Source of the DNA: an uncultured Planctomycetia bacterium
GTDB lineage: Bacteria; Planctomycetota; Planctomycetia; CAXEIY01
Reading direction: 5' to 3'
Length of the DNA stretch: 64,000 nt
Assembly (NCBI GenBank): GCA_963996245.1
Contig: CAXEIY010000248.1
Location: forward strand, 44,701 to 108,700
Below the pieces are notes generated by a model that saw only the letters and a program-made list of their open reading frames with translations, was not told the DNA's origin and did no database searches. Below are positions 1 to 8,833 of this stretch, in pieces. The stretch's first letter is position 1; each line of letters starts with the position of its first letter. The translations under genes and the position numbers were made by a program.

Positions 1-1
1 T

Positions 2-517
2 CTTAAAGAGTCCGATCTGGAACGCCTTCATACTTCCTTACAGCGAGAGGCTATTGAAGAAAAGCACCCCCTCAGCCTCCTCCGTTACGCTAATCGAGTT
101 CCTTTACTGTACCAGCAAAGTTCCGGTGCTGTACAACAAGCCGTATCATCCGTCAATTGGCGTGCCTACGGCCTTCCCCAATCTCGTGGGTCACTTCCAA
201 CCGGCCCCATCACTCTGGTTGTACACATAGCAAGTGTCTGGGTTCCTTTTACCTCGGAATCGAAAGAAGCCATAGCCAGTTACCCCGAAATCATCCAGGA
301 AGTAAAACTCGCTGTCCGGAAAGTCGGTCTAGCCCTTAAATCCTATCTCGCCCTACAAAGGCGTTCTGCAGAATTGAAACGCAAAAACCAATACATTGAA
401 AAATACATACCTCATATTGGAATTGGTCTACGTGAACTGCTCGACTTAACCGATCTCGAGGTTCAGGCACTTACCACAACGCTCCGTGACACCCTAGAAC
501 GAAGTCGAAAACTCTAA
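2..517 (+). CDS. top6B: DNA topoisomerase VI subunit B, C-terminal fragment (5' end outside window)
   Basis: Frame-2 translation from position 2 is open to the TAA at 515-517. It gives ...LQREAIEEKHPLSLLRYANRVPLLYQQSSGAVQQAVSSVNWRAYGL...ITLVVHIASVWVPFTSESKEAIASYPEIIQEVKLAVRKVGLALKSY, which resembles the Top6B transducer/C-terminal region. It lies immediately upstream of a Top6A/Spo11-like gene. It is not in the ORF track because there is no Met in the window. Confidence 0.6.
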   Translation, partial: LKESDLERLHTSLQREAIEEKHPLSLLRYANRVPLLYQQSSGAVQQAVSSVNWRAYGLPQSRGSLPTGPITLVVHIASVWVPFTSESKEAIASYPEIIQEVKLAVRKVGLALKSYLALQRRSAELKRKNQYIEKYIPHIGIGLRELLDLTDLEVQALTTTLRDTLERSRKL

Positions 518-578
518 ATGGGGAGTTCTGAGCACATCCATTGGTATTTCCGTAAAGCGTACCAGCATCTCTGAGGAG

Positions 579-1748
579 TTGAAGTTCGTGACTCGCAAGA
601 AAACTAAAAAATCGACAACACCCGTTAATACGCCATCTGACTCAACCGTCGACAAGCATGTCCTGTCCAAACTTGACCAGGAAGCACAAAACATACACGA
701 GACCATTCTCAAGGGAAACAAACCGCGAATGCGTTTTCCAATTCGCTCCTTGTCCAACGTACGTTATGTGAAACGAAATAAGAACGAAGGTTATTTCGAG
801 ATTAAAGGTCGTAAGTCTGAACGCACTTTGACGGTAAACACGGCTAAAACATTTGCCCAATCGATACGCACCATGTCCATGCTGAAAGAAGTAGTGGAAA
901 CCGGCGACATCATTGGTAAACGTGAGGTTTATTACAACTCCAAACCATGGAAAGAATGTCGCTTCGACGAACAACCTGAAGCGGACAACGTGCTGGATGA
1001 TCTCGAGGCCATGTTTGGAGTTAACCGTGAACAGTTCAAACTTGTACCTGAAGAGCGTGGCGGCGACGTAGTCGGAGAGTTGGTCGTCATTGACCGCGAC
1101 CGAGCTACCGGTGAACGACTTCGTATCGATTGCACCAAGTTCGGGTCCGGTGCCTATTCTATCCCCAGCCAAGTTGAGGAACTGGATTTCGAAACCAAAG
1201 CCAAGTTCATTCTCGTCGTTGAAACGGGCCAATTGTTTAACAGGCTGAACCACCACGCTTACTGGAAAACAGCCAACTGTATTGTCATCAGCATGGGTGG
1301 GGTGCCAACCCGTTCCTGCAGGAGATTTATTCGATGTCTGTCAGACTCACGCAAACTCCCGGTCTATGTGTTCACCGACGGAGATCCATACGGCTATGGA
1401 AATATTTACCGGACGCTTAAAGTCGGTAGCGGCAACGCTGCCCATCTCAACGAATATTTCTGCGTCCCCCAAGCAAGATTCTTAGGGGTAACTCCATGGG
1501 ATATAGAAGACTTTGATCTCAAGGAAGCGGCTCACCCCCTAGCCCCAGTCGATATCAAGCGAGCTCAAGACGCTCTAAAAAATGACCCCTTCATCAAGAA
1601 TCACCCTCAGTGGCAAAAAGCACTCAACATGATGCTGGAAATGGGTGTACGTATTGAGCAGCAGGCATTCGCGAAACATGGTTTGAATTATGTAATTAAT
1701 ACCTACCTACCCAAAAAACTAAGCAAACCTGCCAGCTTTCTCCCTTGA
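579..1748 (+). CDS. top6A: DNA topoisomerase VI subunit A (Spo11/Top6A family, type IIB topoisomerase catalytic subunit)
   Basis: 389 aa. The N-terminal winged-helix region has REVYYNS (catalytic Tyr context). A TOPRIM domain carries the acidic motif VFTDGDPYGYGNIYRTL. The C-terminus (KNHPQWQKALNMMLEMGVRIEQQAF) is typical of Top6A. Confidence 0.7.
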   Translation: MKFVTRKKTKKSTTPVNTPSDSTVDKHVLSKLDQEAQNIHETILKGNKPRMRFPIRSLSNVRYVKRNKNEGYFEIKGRKSERTLTVNTAKTFAQSIRTMSMLKEVVETGDIIGKREVYYNSKPWKECRFDEQPEADNVLDDLEAMFGVNREQFKLVPEERGGDVVGELVVIDRDRATGERLRIDCTKFGSGAYSIPSQVEELDFETKAKFILVVETGQLFNRLNHHAYWKTANCIVISMGGVPTRSCRRFIRCLSDSRKLPVYVFTDGDPYGYGNIYRTLKVGSGNAAHLNEYFCVPQARFLGVTPWDIEDFDLKEAAHPLAPVDIKRAQDALKNDPFIKNHPQWQKALNMMLEMGVRIEQQAFAKHGLNYVINTYLPKKLSKPASFLP

Positions 1749-1934
1749 AAAATCGTCTTCTCTCCGGGCTTTAGTAACGCAATGCACCATCGGACATGAA
1801 ATCAGCAGCCTTTCCAATACGGTCCCTTCGAATATTCATTCAACAGACCTCATCCACTAAAGTTGGATGAACTGTTTATTATCCGGAGGTGAACAGCCCC
1901 AAGGGTCGTTTCGAGAATCAAAAAGCCGTCTTTC

Positions 1935-2831
1935 TTAGTGATCATTAACATGAGAAAACAAATCAAATCCACGGCAGTTACGAATTTGCTTTCTTATCAT
2001 GCGAACCCATACCGCAAATCTGTTATCGATCACGGATCCATAAAGTTCAACAAAACGAGAATACGTCAGTGATTCAGGGATCCCCTCAATAGAAGGGATA
2101 AAATCATTTCCAGAGAAACGCTGCGCCAATTGAGTTATCGCATGATGTGCTATTTCAGGATCTGCATTGGACAAACGTTCCGCAAATTCAATCCCACTGT
2201 AGTCCGCAGTTAAATCTACAAAACTAAATCCGGTCCCTTCTCCTCGCTCCTTCTCCTTTGCATCAGAGAGTTCTTTTTGAATGCCCACTGCCTCTGACAC
2301 TGACTTGCCGAGAATGGCTACGAGACTCGCAGAAACAGAAAAATGGAGCAGCAGGTCCTTACGTCCTCTCAAAGTAGGTTTTCCAAGAAAAAGGCGACGT
2401 TCTGTTCGTTCCCGTTCCGTCTCCACCTTGGGCAACAACAAGCGGACCACAGGATGACGTGCGACACGACTCTTAGGATCAAGCGCGAAACCCAAGGAAA
2501 CCAGAAATGCTTTTACCGGATCAACTGGGTTATTTTCTAACGCAGCCAATGCAGCAACACGAATATAATAGTCACCTAACGCATCACCATCTAAACGCTT
2601 TTGATCCTCTGAGGAAGATTCCACTGGGCGAAGCGCATTTTCTTGAGCAGCTAGCCGAACCACTCTGACAATGTGCGCGACCTGATCCCTTAACCCATCA
2701 TCGAGTGTCGCCTCCCTGTCTGTGATCGAAGCACTACTCTCCGCCCCGGACCTAACTGTTGGAATATCCGTCCAATAGTAATAGCCCGCTATGAATCCAA
2801 TAATCAGACAAATTCCCATCATAGTTCGCAA
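1935..2831 (-). CDS. hypothetical membrane-anchored protein (N-terminal TM/signal anchor)
   Basis: 298-aa ORF with a hydrophobic N-terminus (MMGICLIIGFIAGYYYW) and no recognisable catalytic motifs. It is convergent with top6A. Confidence 0.45.
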   Translation of the reverse strand: MRTMMGICLIIGFIAGYYYWTDIPTVRSGAESSASITDREATLDDGLRDQVAHIVRVVRLAAQENALRPVESSSEDQKRLDGDALGDYYIRVAALAALENNPVDPVKAFLVSLGFALDPKSRVARHPVVRLLLPKVETERERTERRLFLGKPTLRGRKDLLLHFSVSASLVAILGKSVSEAVGIQKELSDAKEKERGEGTGFSFVDLTADYSGIEFAERLSNADPEIAHHAITQLAQRFSGNDFIPSIEGIPESLTYSRFVELYGSVIDNRFAVWVRMIRKQIRNCRGFDLFSHVNDH

Positions 2832-3022
2832 AGCAGTTCTCCTGATTCTCCTTTATCGTGAATCGCAATTCGAAAACAGGACTCAACCCTATATACTATG
2901 CTGAACCTTCACAATTACTGACCAAATACCAATCGTTTACCTATTACCCGATCCGTCTATTTTTCGCTATCCCGTTTTACCGTTTCGTGTTCAACTTCAA
3001 AGAAGACCTGAAGGATTACCTC

Positions 3023-3775
3023 ATGCATAATCATTTGAAAAGAAAACTTCAAGCCGGAGATACCGCCCTCGGATGTTCCATTAGCCTCACTTCACTAGAT
3101 GCAGTGGAAGTTGCCAGCCAACTGGGTTTTGACTGGCTTTGGTTCGATACCGAACACGCCCCCCTAGACATTGGCGCGCTACAACCCCTGATGCAGGCCA
3201 ATCGTCGCGAAAACGTCACTCCCATCATCCGCGTTGAATGGAATGACCCCGTCCGGATCAAAAAAGCACTCGATATCGGTGCTCACGGCTTAATCATCCC
3301 CTGGGTGAACAATGTTGAACAAGCTGAATCCGCAGTTCAGGCCGCAAAGTACCCTCCTCGCGGTTTACGGGGATTCGGACCAAGACGTGCGTCGAATTAT
3401 GGCATGGACACCGATTACGTCTCCACAGCCAACGACGAAGTGATGGTTATTACCCAGATTGAAACACAAGAAGCCGTCAAGAATTTTGAAGACATCCTCG
3501 CGGTGGAAGGTGTCGACGCTTATTTAATTGGTCCAAATGACCTTGCTGCATCCTACGGACACTTGGGGAATCCCGGTCATCCCGAAGTGGAAGAAGTGAT
3601 TGCTGATCTTGTTGAACGCGGCAAAAAGGTCGGGGTTCCTGCTGGCATCGTATCCTTTACGGCGGAAAACGCTCAGCACCGTATCGACCAGGGTATTCAA
3701 CTGGTAAATATTGGAAGCGACATCCTGTTTCTCAAACAGGGTGCTGAAACCATGCTTAATGCCTTGAAGCGATAA
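3023..3775 (+). CDS. HpcH/HpaI-family 2-keto-3-deoxy-sugar acid aldolase
   Basis: Class II aldolase/citrate-lyase-like TIM-barrel motifs: GCSISLTSLDAVEVASQLGFDWLWFDTEHAP, AHGLIIPWVNNVEQAE, YPPRGLRGFGP, IETQEAVKNFEDILAVEGVDAYLIGPNDL. The track ORF opens at 2858, but the likely start is the ATG at 3023 (MHNHLKRKLQ), which has a GAAGGA Shine-Dalgarno sequence 8 nt upstream. Confidence 0.75.
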   Translation: MHNHLKRKLQAGDTALGCSISLTSLDAVEVASQLGFDWLWFDTEHAPLDIGALQPLMQANRRENVTPIIRVEWNDPVRIKKALDIGAHGLIIPWVNNVEQAESAVQAAKYPPRGLRGFGPRRASNYGMDTDYVSTANDEVMVITQIETQEAVKNFEDILAVEGVDAYLIGPNDLAASYGHLGNPGHPEVEEVIADLVERGKKVGVPAGIVSFTAENAQHRIDQGIQLVNIGSDILFLKQGAETMLNALKR

Positions 3776-3999
3776 TGCTTACAGATCTTCTGGAAATCAT
3801 GGTCTATGACCAACAGGCTACATGCTATCTAAACGGTGTGCAAAACCCTCTATCAACAACACCCGTGTTTGGATCGTATCTGCACATTACTCCTGCAGAA
3901 GCACGTTCCAGGCCGTAACTTAGTTTGATCGGTCAATCGCGACGTGAAAGGTTCACAGTCTATTTGTAAGATACTCTGTGTCTACATGTTATTCGTTAA

Positions 4000-4018
4000 A
4001 GCGGTCATCCGTACCGCT
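4000..4018. terminator. candidate bidirectional stem-loop (AGCGGT-N7-ACCGCT) between convergent aldolase and protease genes
   Basis: Six-bp perfect inverted repeat with a 7-nt loop in the 345-nt convergent intergenic region. It has only a weak U-tract, so it is at best a weak intrinsic terminator. Confidence 0.2.
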
Positions 4019-4120
4019 GAGGCCAGCACACTAAAGTGGGTAGAACTGTGACCTTGAGAACAGCATTGACTCTACCTGCTTTAAAGAGATACAGAAGGTG
4101 AAGAACTGTGAATTTTTCTA

Positions 4121-6145
4121 TCAGTCAGACAGTCGAATGTAGTCTTGCGTGATGAGAAGCACTTCATCTGAATAAAAATCTCGTTCAAATACAGGACGTT
4201 CGGAAGATACCTCCTCTTGTTCACCTTCACTCATATCTTCTGATTTGTCCTGCTTGAGTTCTTCGCGCAACTTCACCTTCTGAAGTGGTACAAAGGAGCG
4301 ACCTTTACGGCCAAGAAATTCCGCAATTTCATCCTCGACTTCGACAAATTCACCATCCTTGGACCGTCGTTCCGTAGACAGATCCTTTAATTGCTTGATG
4401 ATAGACTCGTTCACCAATTCCAACGGTTGGAACTCAGCCGTTACAACACGATCAAATGCCAAAGCACGATCCAGATGCTCTTCCCCGACATCCAATTGAT
4501 CAAGCAATGAGGGCAATACAATATCTGATCTAACCCCACGGGTTTGAGTACTGTCTCCATTGATTCGGTAAAACTTCTGCATCGTCAGTTTCAGTGCACC
4601 TAACGTAGAAGGCGGCAACCGCATCGCCTCAGCCAAATCCAATAAGTTCTGAACGGTTCCTTTACCGTGTGTCGTACTGTCACCGACTACGATGCCACGA
4701 TTGTAATCCTGTATAGCAGCGGCAAAAATCTCAGCCGCACTGGCGGAAAGTCGACTCGTGAGTACAACCAGAGGTCCACTGTACGTCACTCCGGAATCAC
4801 GATCATAGTACGGGGTCACTTTGCCTTCAAAGTCCTTCACCTGAACAACTGGACCGCGATCAATGAACAATCCTGTCAGACTGATAGCCTCCAATAAGAA
4901 ACCTCCTCCGTTACGTCGCAAATCAACCAATACGCCATCCACTTTTTCGCTTTTGAAATCTTCGAGAATGCGGCGAACATCCCGTGTGGTACTCGCATAA
5001 TCCTTTTTACGATTCGCCGCAGCTTTGCTATCGACATAAAAGGAATCCAGTCTGACAACACCTACTTTGTAGGGAGCACCTCCCTCTTTCATACCTTGCT
5101 CAATAACTACACCACGGGCACCGTGGTCTTCAATCTTTATCGTGCGACGAACCAAATTGTAAATTTTTCGTTCTTGAGATTCACCCGTCAGTACTTCAAT
5201 TCGTACAGTCGTGCCCGGCTTTCCTCGGATTTTACGAACAACATTACGAATCCGCATTCCAACGACATCTGAAATTTCTCCGTGCTCCCCTTGCCCAACA
5301 CCAATAATCTTGTCGCCTTTCTTCAAACGTCCGTCTGCAAATGCCGCACCGCCAGGCAAAATGCGTACAACCTCTGTGTATTCATCGCTTTGACGCAATT
5401 CTGCCCCAATCCCATTCAATTGAAGCCGCATCTGAATATTGAACTCTTCCAACGTACTTTTGGACATATAGTCCGTATGGGGATCAAATGAGCGAGCCAA
5501 AGATCCTAGAAAATTCTCCAGAATTTCATGTGAGTCAATCTGTCGCCACAGTCGAGCATTATTCTGATATCGTCGAGATACTCGTTCGACAGCTTCCTCG
5601 TACTCGGTACCGTTGATTTCTAAAACCAGAAGTTCGTATTTAACTCGTTTCCTCCAACGCTCCCTGATTTCCTGATCGTCAACACAGTACTCAATCTTGT
5701 CTGGATCCGTAACCAACACTTCATCAATATCGAAATCGAACTGGCCTTTCAATAATTGCTTGACCAGCTCCGTACGTTCACCAAGACGCTGTAAAAAACG
5801 CCCCACAATCTTATACGCAGCTTTTAACTGCCCCTGATGGACATGATCATCCAGGAGCGTCTCAAATTCAGCGAATTCCTGGTAGTCATCTTTGGTAAAG
5901 TACAGTTTATTTGGATCAAAACGCTTCACAAATCCTTCCAGCAAGGTTTTTGACATGTCATCATCAATCTGACGACGTGTCAGGTGGGCACCCTCAAGAT
6001 ACCCTCCCACGATCATCGCAATACGGCTGTCGTACTCTCCCTGTTCAGGAAGTTCAATCTGTGCCAGAAGCAAAGAACTGCAACTGATCAGCAGCAGCAT
6101 GGCTAATAGGTTTACAAACCAATAATTGCGCAGTGAATTCATCAA
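4121..6145 (-). CDS. S41-family carboxyl-terminal processing (tail-specific) protease, lipoprotein-like signal
   Basis: 674 aa. The N-terminal signal peptide ends in LLISCSS. There is a PDZ region (GDKIIGVGQGEHGEISDVVGMRIRNVVRKIRGKPGTTVRIEV). The S41 catalytic region is VVLTSRLSASAAEIFAAAIQDYNRGIVVGDSTTHGKGTVQ. Confidence 0.8.
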   Translation of the reverse strand: MMNSLRNYWFVNLLAMLLLISCSSLLLAQIELPEQGEYDSRIAMIVGGYLEGAHLTRRQIDDDMSKTLLEGFVKRFDPNKLYFTKDDYQEFAEFETLLDDHVHQGQLKAAYKIVGRFLQRLGERTELVKQLLKGQFDFDIDEVLVTDPDKIEYCVDDQEIRERWRKRVKYELLVLEINGTEYEEAVERVSRRYQNNARLWRQIDSHEILENFLGSLARSFDPHTDYMSKSTLEEFNIQMRLQLNGIGAELRQSDEYTEVVRILPGGAAFADGRLKKGDKIIGVGQGEHGEISDVVGMRIRNVVRKIRGKPGTTVRIEVLTGESQERKIYNLVRRTIKIEDHGARGVVIEQGMKEGGAPYKVGVVRLDSFYVDSKAAANRKKDYASTTRDVRRILEDFKSEKVDGVLVDLRRNGGGFLLEAISLTGLFIDRGPVVQVKDFEGKVTPYYDRDSGVTYSGPLVVLTSRLSASAAEIFAAAIQDYNRGIVVGDSTTHGKGTVQNLLDLAEAMRLPPSTLGALKLTMQKFYRINGDSTQTRGVRSDIVLPSLLDQLDVGEEHLDRALAFDRVVTAEFQPLELVNESIIKQLKDLSTERRSKDGEFVEVEDEIAEFLGRKGRSFVPLQKVKLREELKQDKSEDMSEGEQEEVSSERPVFERDFYSDEVLLITQDYIRLSD

Positions 6146-6315
6146 TAAAACCTGTATTTACAAGAATAGAATATTCAATTCTTAGAACCACCAAGAGCTC
6201 ACCTGTTGACTTGAACCTATGGGGAATAGTCAGAGGAGCCTCAACTCAACACACGTCATCATCATACTTGACTATTTCAACCATACACAGGCCCTAGCCA
6301 GTCACACCGGTACAA

Positions 6316-7635
6316 CTAAATCAACTGGCTGATCGCTTTTCCTGTCTGGTTTACCTGAATTGGACGACCATCAGATGTGTAATACTCGGCATCTAAACGG
6401 ACCCCCAAGGCGCTGAAGACCGTTGCCGCTACGTCTTCGATTTGCACGGGATTGTCCTCAGGATACTCTGCGTACTTGCTCGTACGACCCACAATTTCAC
6501 CTGTTTTGACGCCGCCTCCACCCATATTTATTAAACTGGCCGCACCCCAGTGATCACGACCGGCAGAGGGATTCACCTTGGGTGTTCGGCCAAAGTCGCC
6601 CGTCCAAACTACCAGTGTCTTTTCCAGCATTCCACGTTGGGCCAGATCTACCATCAAAGCCGAGTAGGCTTGGTCTAATCGAGGAAGTAACCGATTTTTC
6701 AGGCTGTTGAAATTATTCTGATGTGTGTCCCAACTGGGATCGGTCACAGTAATAAAGCGAACACCGGATTCGACCAGTCGACGCGCCAAAAGCAATGATT
6801 GCCCCAGTCGATGGTCACCATATGCCTTGCGTGTGGTCTCTGTTTCCTGAGATAAGTCAAATGCTTTCTTCGCGGTTGGAGAAGTAACCAAACCGAAAGC
6901 TTTTTCGTAGAAACTGTCTGTTGAGGACACCAGCTCTGGCGACTCTTCCACATCCTGCTGGAACCGGTCAAAGGCTCGTAAATATTTCTTGCGACGATCG
7001 ATCCTTGCTAAATCAATTCCTGCTGGTGGCGTAACATCACGCACCCGAAAATCGTTTTTGGAAGGATCACTGTCAATTTCAAACGGATTGTACACTGCCC
7101 CCATAAATCCAGCCGTCCCGCCTCCAAAACGACGATCCACATCCGTTCCAATCTGGATGTAGGGAGGCATGTTGTTTCTCCATCCTTTTTGACGCGCAAC
7201 AACTGACCCATATGCAGGATAAGTTAATGACGGCGTCCACTTGTAACCACTCATCAGATAGTGATCCGAAACACCGTGGCTGTTGCTGTACTGGGTACCC
7301 GATCGTACAACAGAGAACTTATCCAGCTGCTGCGCCAGTTTAGGCAGGTACTCACTGAACTGAACTCCGGGAAGCCCCGTTGAAATAGCGTCAAATTCCC
7401 CACGTATCTCAACCGGCGCCTCCGGCTTGGGGTCGAATGTGTCAATATGGCTTGGACCACCATTCATCCACATAAAAATGCAGCTGATATCGTCACTGGG
7501 TTTCTCAGATTGAGCCTGCAGACGCAACACATCTGGAAGACTGACTCCCAGACCTGCCAATGCACCTAACTGAATAAACTCACGTCGATTATGACCTTCG
7601 CAGTGGGGAGACGGTTCAAACATCAGTTTCAGCAT
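6316..7635 (-). CDS. DUF1501-family protein (sulfatase-like fold), TAT-secreted
   Basis: Twin-arginine signal NRREFIQLGALAGLGV. The overall composition and length are typical of planctomycete DUF1501 proteins. No DUF1549/DUF1553 partner gene is adjacent. Confidence 0.65.
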   Translation of the reverse strand: MLKLMFEPSPHCEGHNRREFIQLGALAGLGVSLPDVLRLQAQSEKPSDDISCIFMWMNGGPSHIDTFDPKPEAPVEIRGEFDAISTGLPGVQFSEYLPKLAQQLDKFSVVRSGTQYSNSHGVSDHYLMSGYKWTPSLTYPAYGSVVARQKGWRNNMPPYIQIGTDVDRRFGGGTAGFMGAVYNPFEIDSDPSKNDFRVRDVTPPAGIDLARIDRRKKYLRAFDRFQQDVEESPELVSSTDSFYEKAFGLVTSPTAKKAFDLSQETETTRKAYGDHRLGQSLLLARRLVESGVRFITVTDPSWDTHQNNFNSLKNRLLPRLDQAYSALMVDLAQRGMLEKTLVVWTGDFGRTPKVNPSAGRDHWGAASLINMGGGGVKTGEIVGRTSKYAEYPEDNPVQIEDVAATVFSALGVRLDAEYYTSDGRPIQVNQTGKAISQLI

Positions 7636-7925
7636 TGCAAAATCCCTCCATTACTCGTCGTCCGGATTCAGCGTTTTCAAGGAGCACGTTTAACGTAACC
7701 ACATTGTGAACTTATTGAAACTTCACCTCTCCACATAACCATACTCAATGTAACGCCGGTATAACTGGCAGGCAAGAGCTACCAAATAACTGTCCTAGCA
7801 CCTTCTTGAATCGCACTCTCCGATCCGTGGATCCTTTGATTACTTTCACGAAAGTGATCGTATAAAGCAAGGACTTCATCCCAATTCAGTCTTGGTGCAA
7901 CTTCCAGCATTCCAACACTTGATTG

Positions 7926-8192
7926 CTAAGAGGTCGCTTCGACTTCTTCGGTGCCTTCCGCTTCCGGATCACCTTCATCATCTTTAACGTCTTTCTTTTT
8001 CTTGCCGGCCCGCACTTTCAATACACGCACAAGAGGAAGTCCGAATGGACTGTCCCCTTCCTGCCATCGACCCTCTTCTTCCAGTTTTGCAATCCGTTCT
8101 TCCCGCTTCAAAACATTTCGGGATCGGGCTAATCGCCCACTGCTCTTCAAACTCTTATCCAGTGACATAATCTGTTTCCTCAACACTCCCAA
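7926..8192 (-). CDS. hypothetical small highly charged protein
   Basis: 88-aa ORF ([24 protein letters not shown] ... [25 protein letters not shown]). It has no homology anchor and is coding only by ORF length and context. Confidence 0.3.
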   Translation of the reverse strand: MGVLRKQIMSLDKSLKSSGRLARSRNVLKREERIAKLEEEGRWQEGDSPFGLPLVRVLKVRAGKKKKDVKDDEGDPEAEGTEEVEATS

Positions 8193-8203
8193 TTTATCAT
8201 CAT

Positions 8204-8536
8204 TTATTTCAATTCGCCCTGATCCACTTCCAGAACATCATATGAAACAACACGTTCAGGCAGGATGGTTTCCGTGAACAAACCATCCTGATTCCTCACA
8301 GGTGGGTTGTTCGGAACCGAATCCTCAATTGCCAAAGTTCCGGGTACCTGGTAAATCTGAATGCCATCTTGAATATTTGGGTGATCCCGCTTACGGAATT
8401 CACTCAAAACCCAACCACCAAAACAACAGAAAAAGGCCGTCATCAAAACGATTGCCCAACGGGAAATCCTCATCACAGATGACGATCCGCACCGTCCACC
8501 AAACAGCTCATAAAGCTCCAATCGAAGCTTGGACAT
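8204..8536 (-). CDS. hypothetical small membrane protein
   Basis: 110-aa ORF with one clear TM helix ([18 protein letters not shown]). It sits 12 nt upstream of the 88-aa ORF on the same strand. Confidence 0.3.
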   Translation of the reverse strand: MSKLRLELYELFGGRCGSSSVMRISRWAIVLMTAFFCCFGGWVLSEFRKRDHPNIQDGIQIYQVPGTLAIEDSVPNNPPVRNQDGLFTETILPERVVSYDVLEVDQGELK

Positions 8537-8833
8537 GTGTCGGCTTCCCTGCCACGAACAGTAACATGCTCAGTATATCCGATGATCAGACCAACTGGGA
8601 ATCCATCTTACCTATTTTCATGGTGTTCAGTCTAGTGACAGAGCACGAGAAGTACGCCATCTCCTTACCTCATGCGCTATATACATGCAGGTTACATGGC
8701 AAAAAGATTCTCAACCCCGGCAACTGTCTTTTTCCTGTCGATTAACATTTCCGATTCCCTGGTCTTCACTCAATCGGCTGAAAAACAGACCTCAAAGACA
8801 GTTAGTTCAGAGAAAAGGGAGACTGATGGCCAG

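Noticed and set aside
642-1256. 204-aa minus-strand ORF fully inside top6A, and many similar antisense ORFs inside large genes (for example 13803..14387, 16108..16419, 22673..23056, 33769..34173, 43225..43581).
   Set aside because: They lie entirely antisense or out of frame within strongly supported conserved genes and have low-complexity, non-protein-like composition. They are treated as spurious.
2858-3022. N-terminal 55-codon extension of the aldolase ORF as given in the track.
   Set aside because: The extension is hydrophobic and low-complexity (YPIRLFFAIPFYRFVFNF). The internal ATG at 3023 has a Shine-Dalgarno sequence and starts the conserved domain.
8302-8745. 147-aa plus-strand ORF in the intergenic region upstream of the small-ORF pair.
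   Set aside because: It has a non-protein-like composition, overlaps the better-supported minus-strand ORF 8204..8536, and has no motif support.
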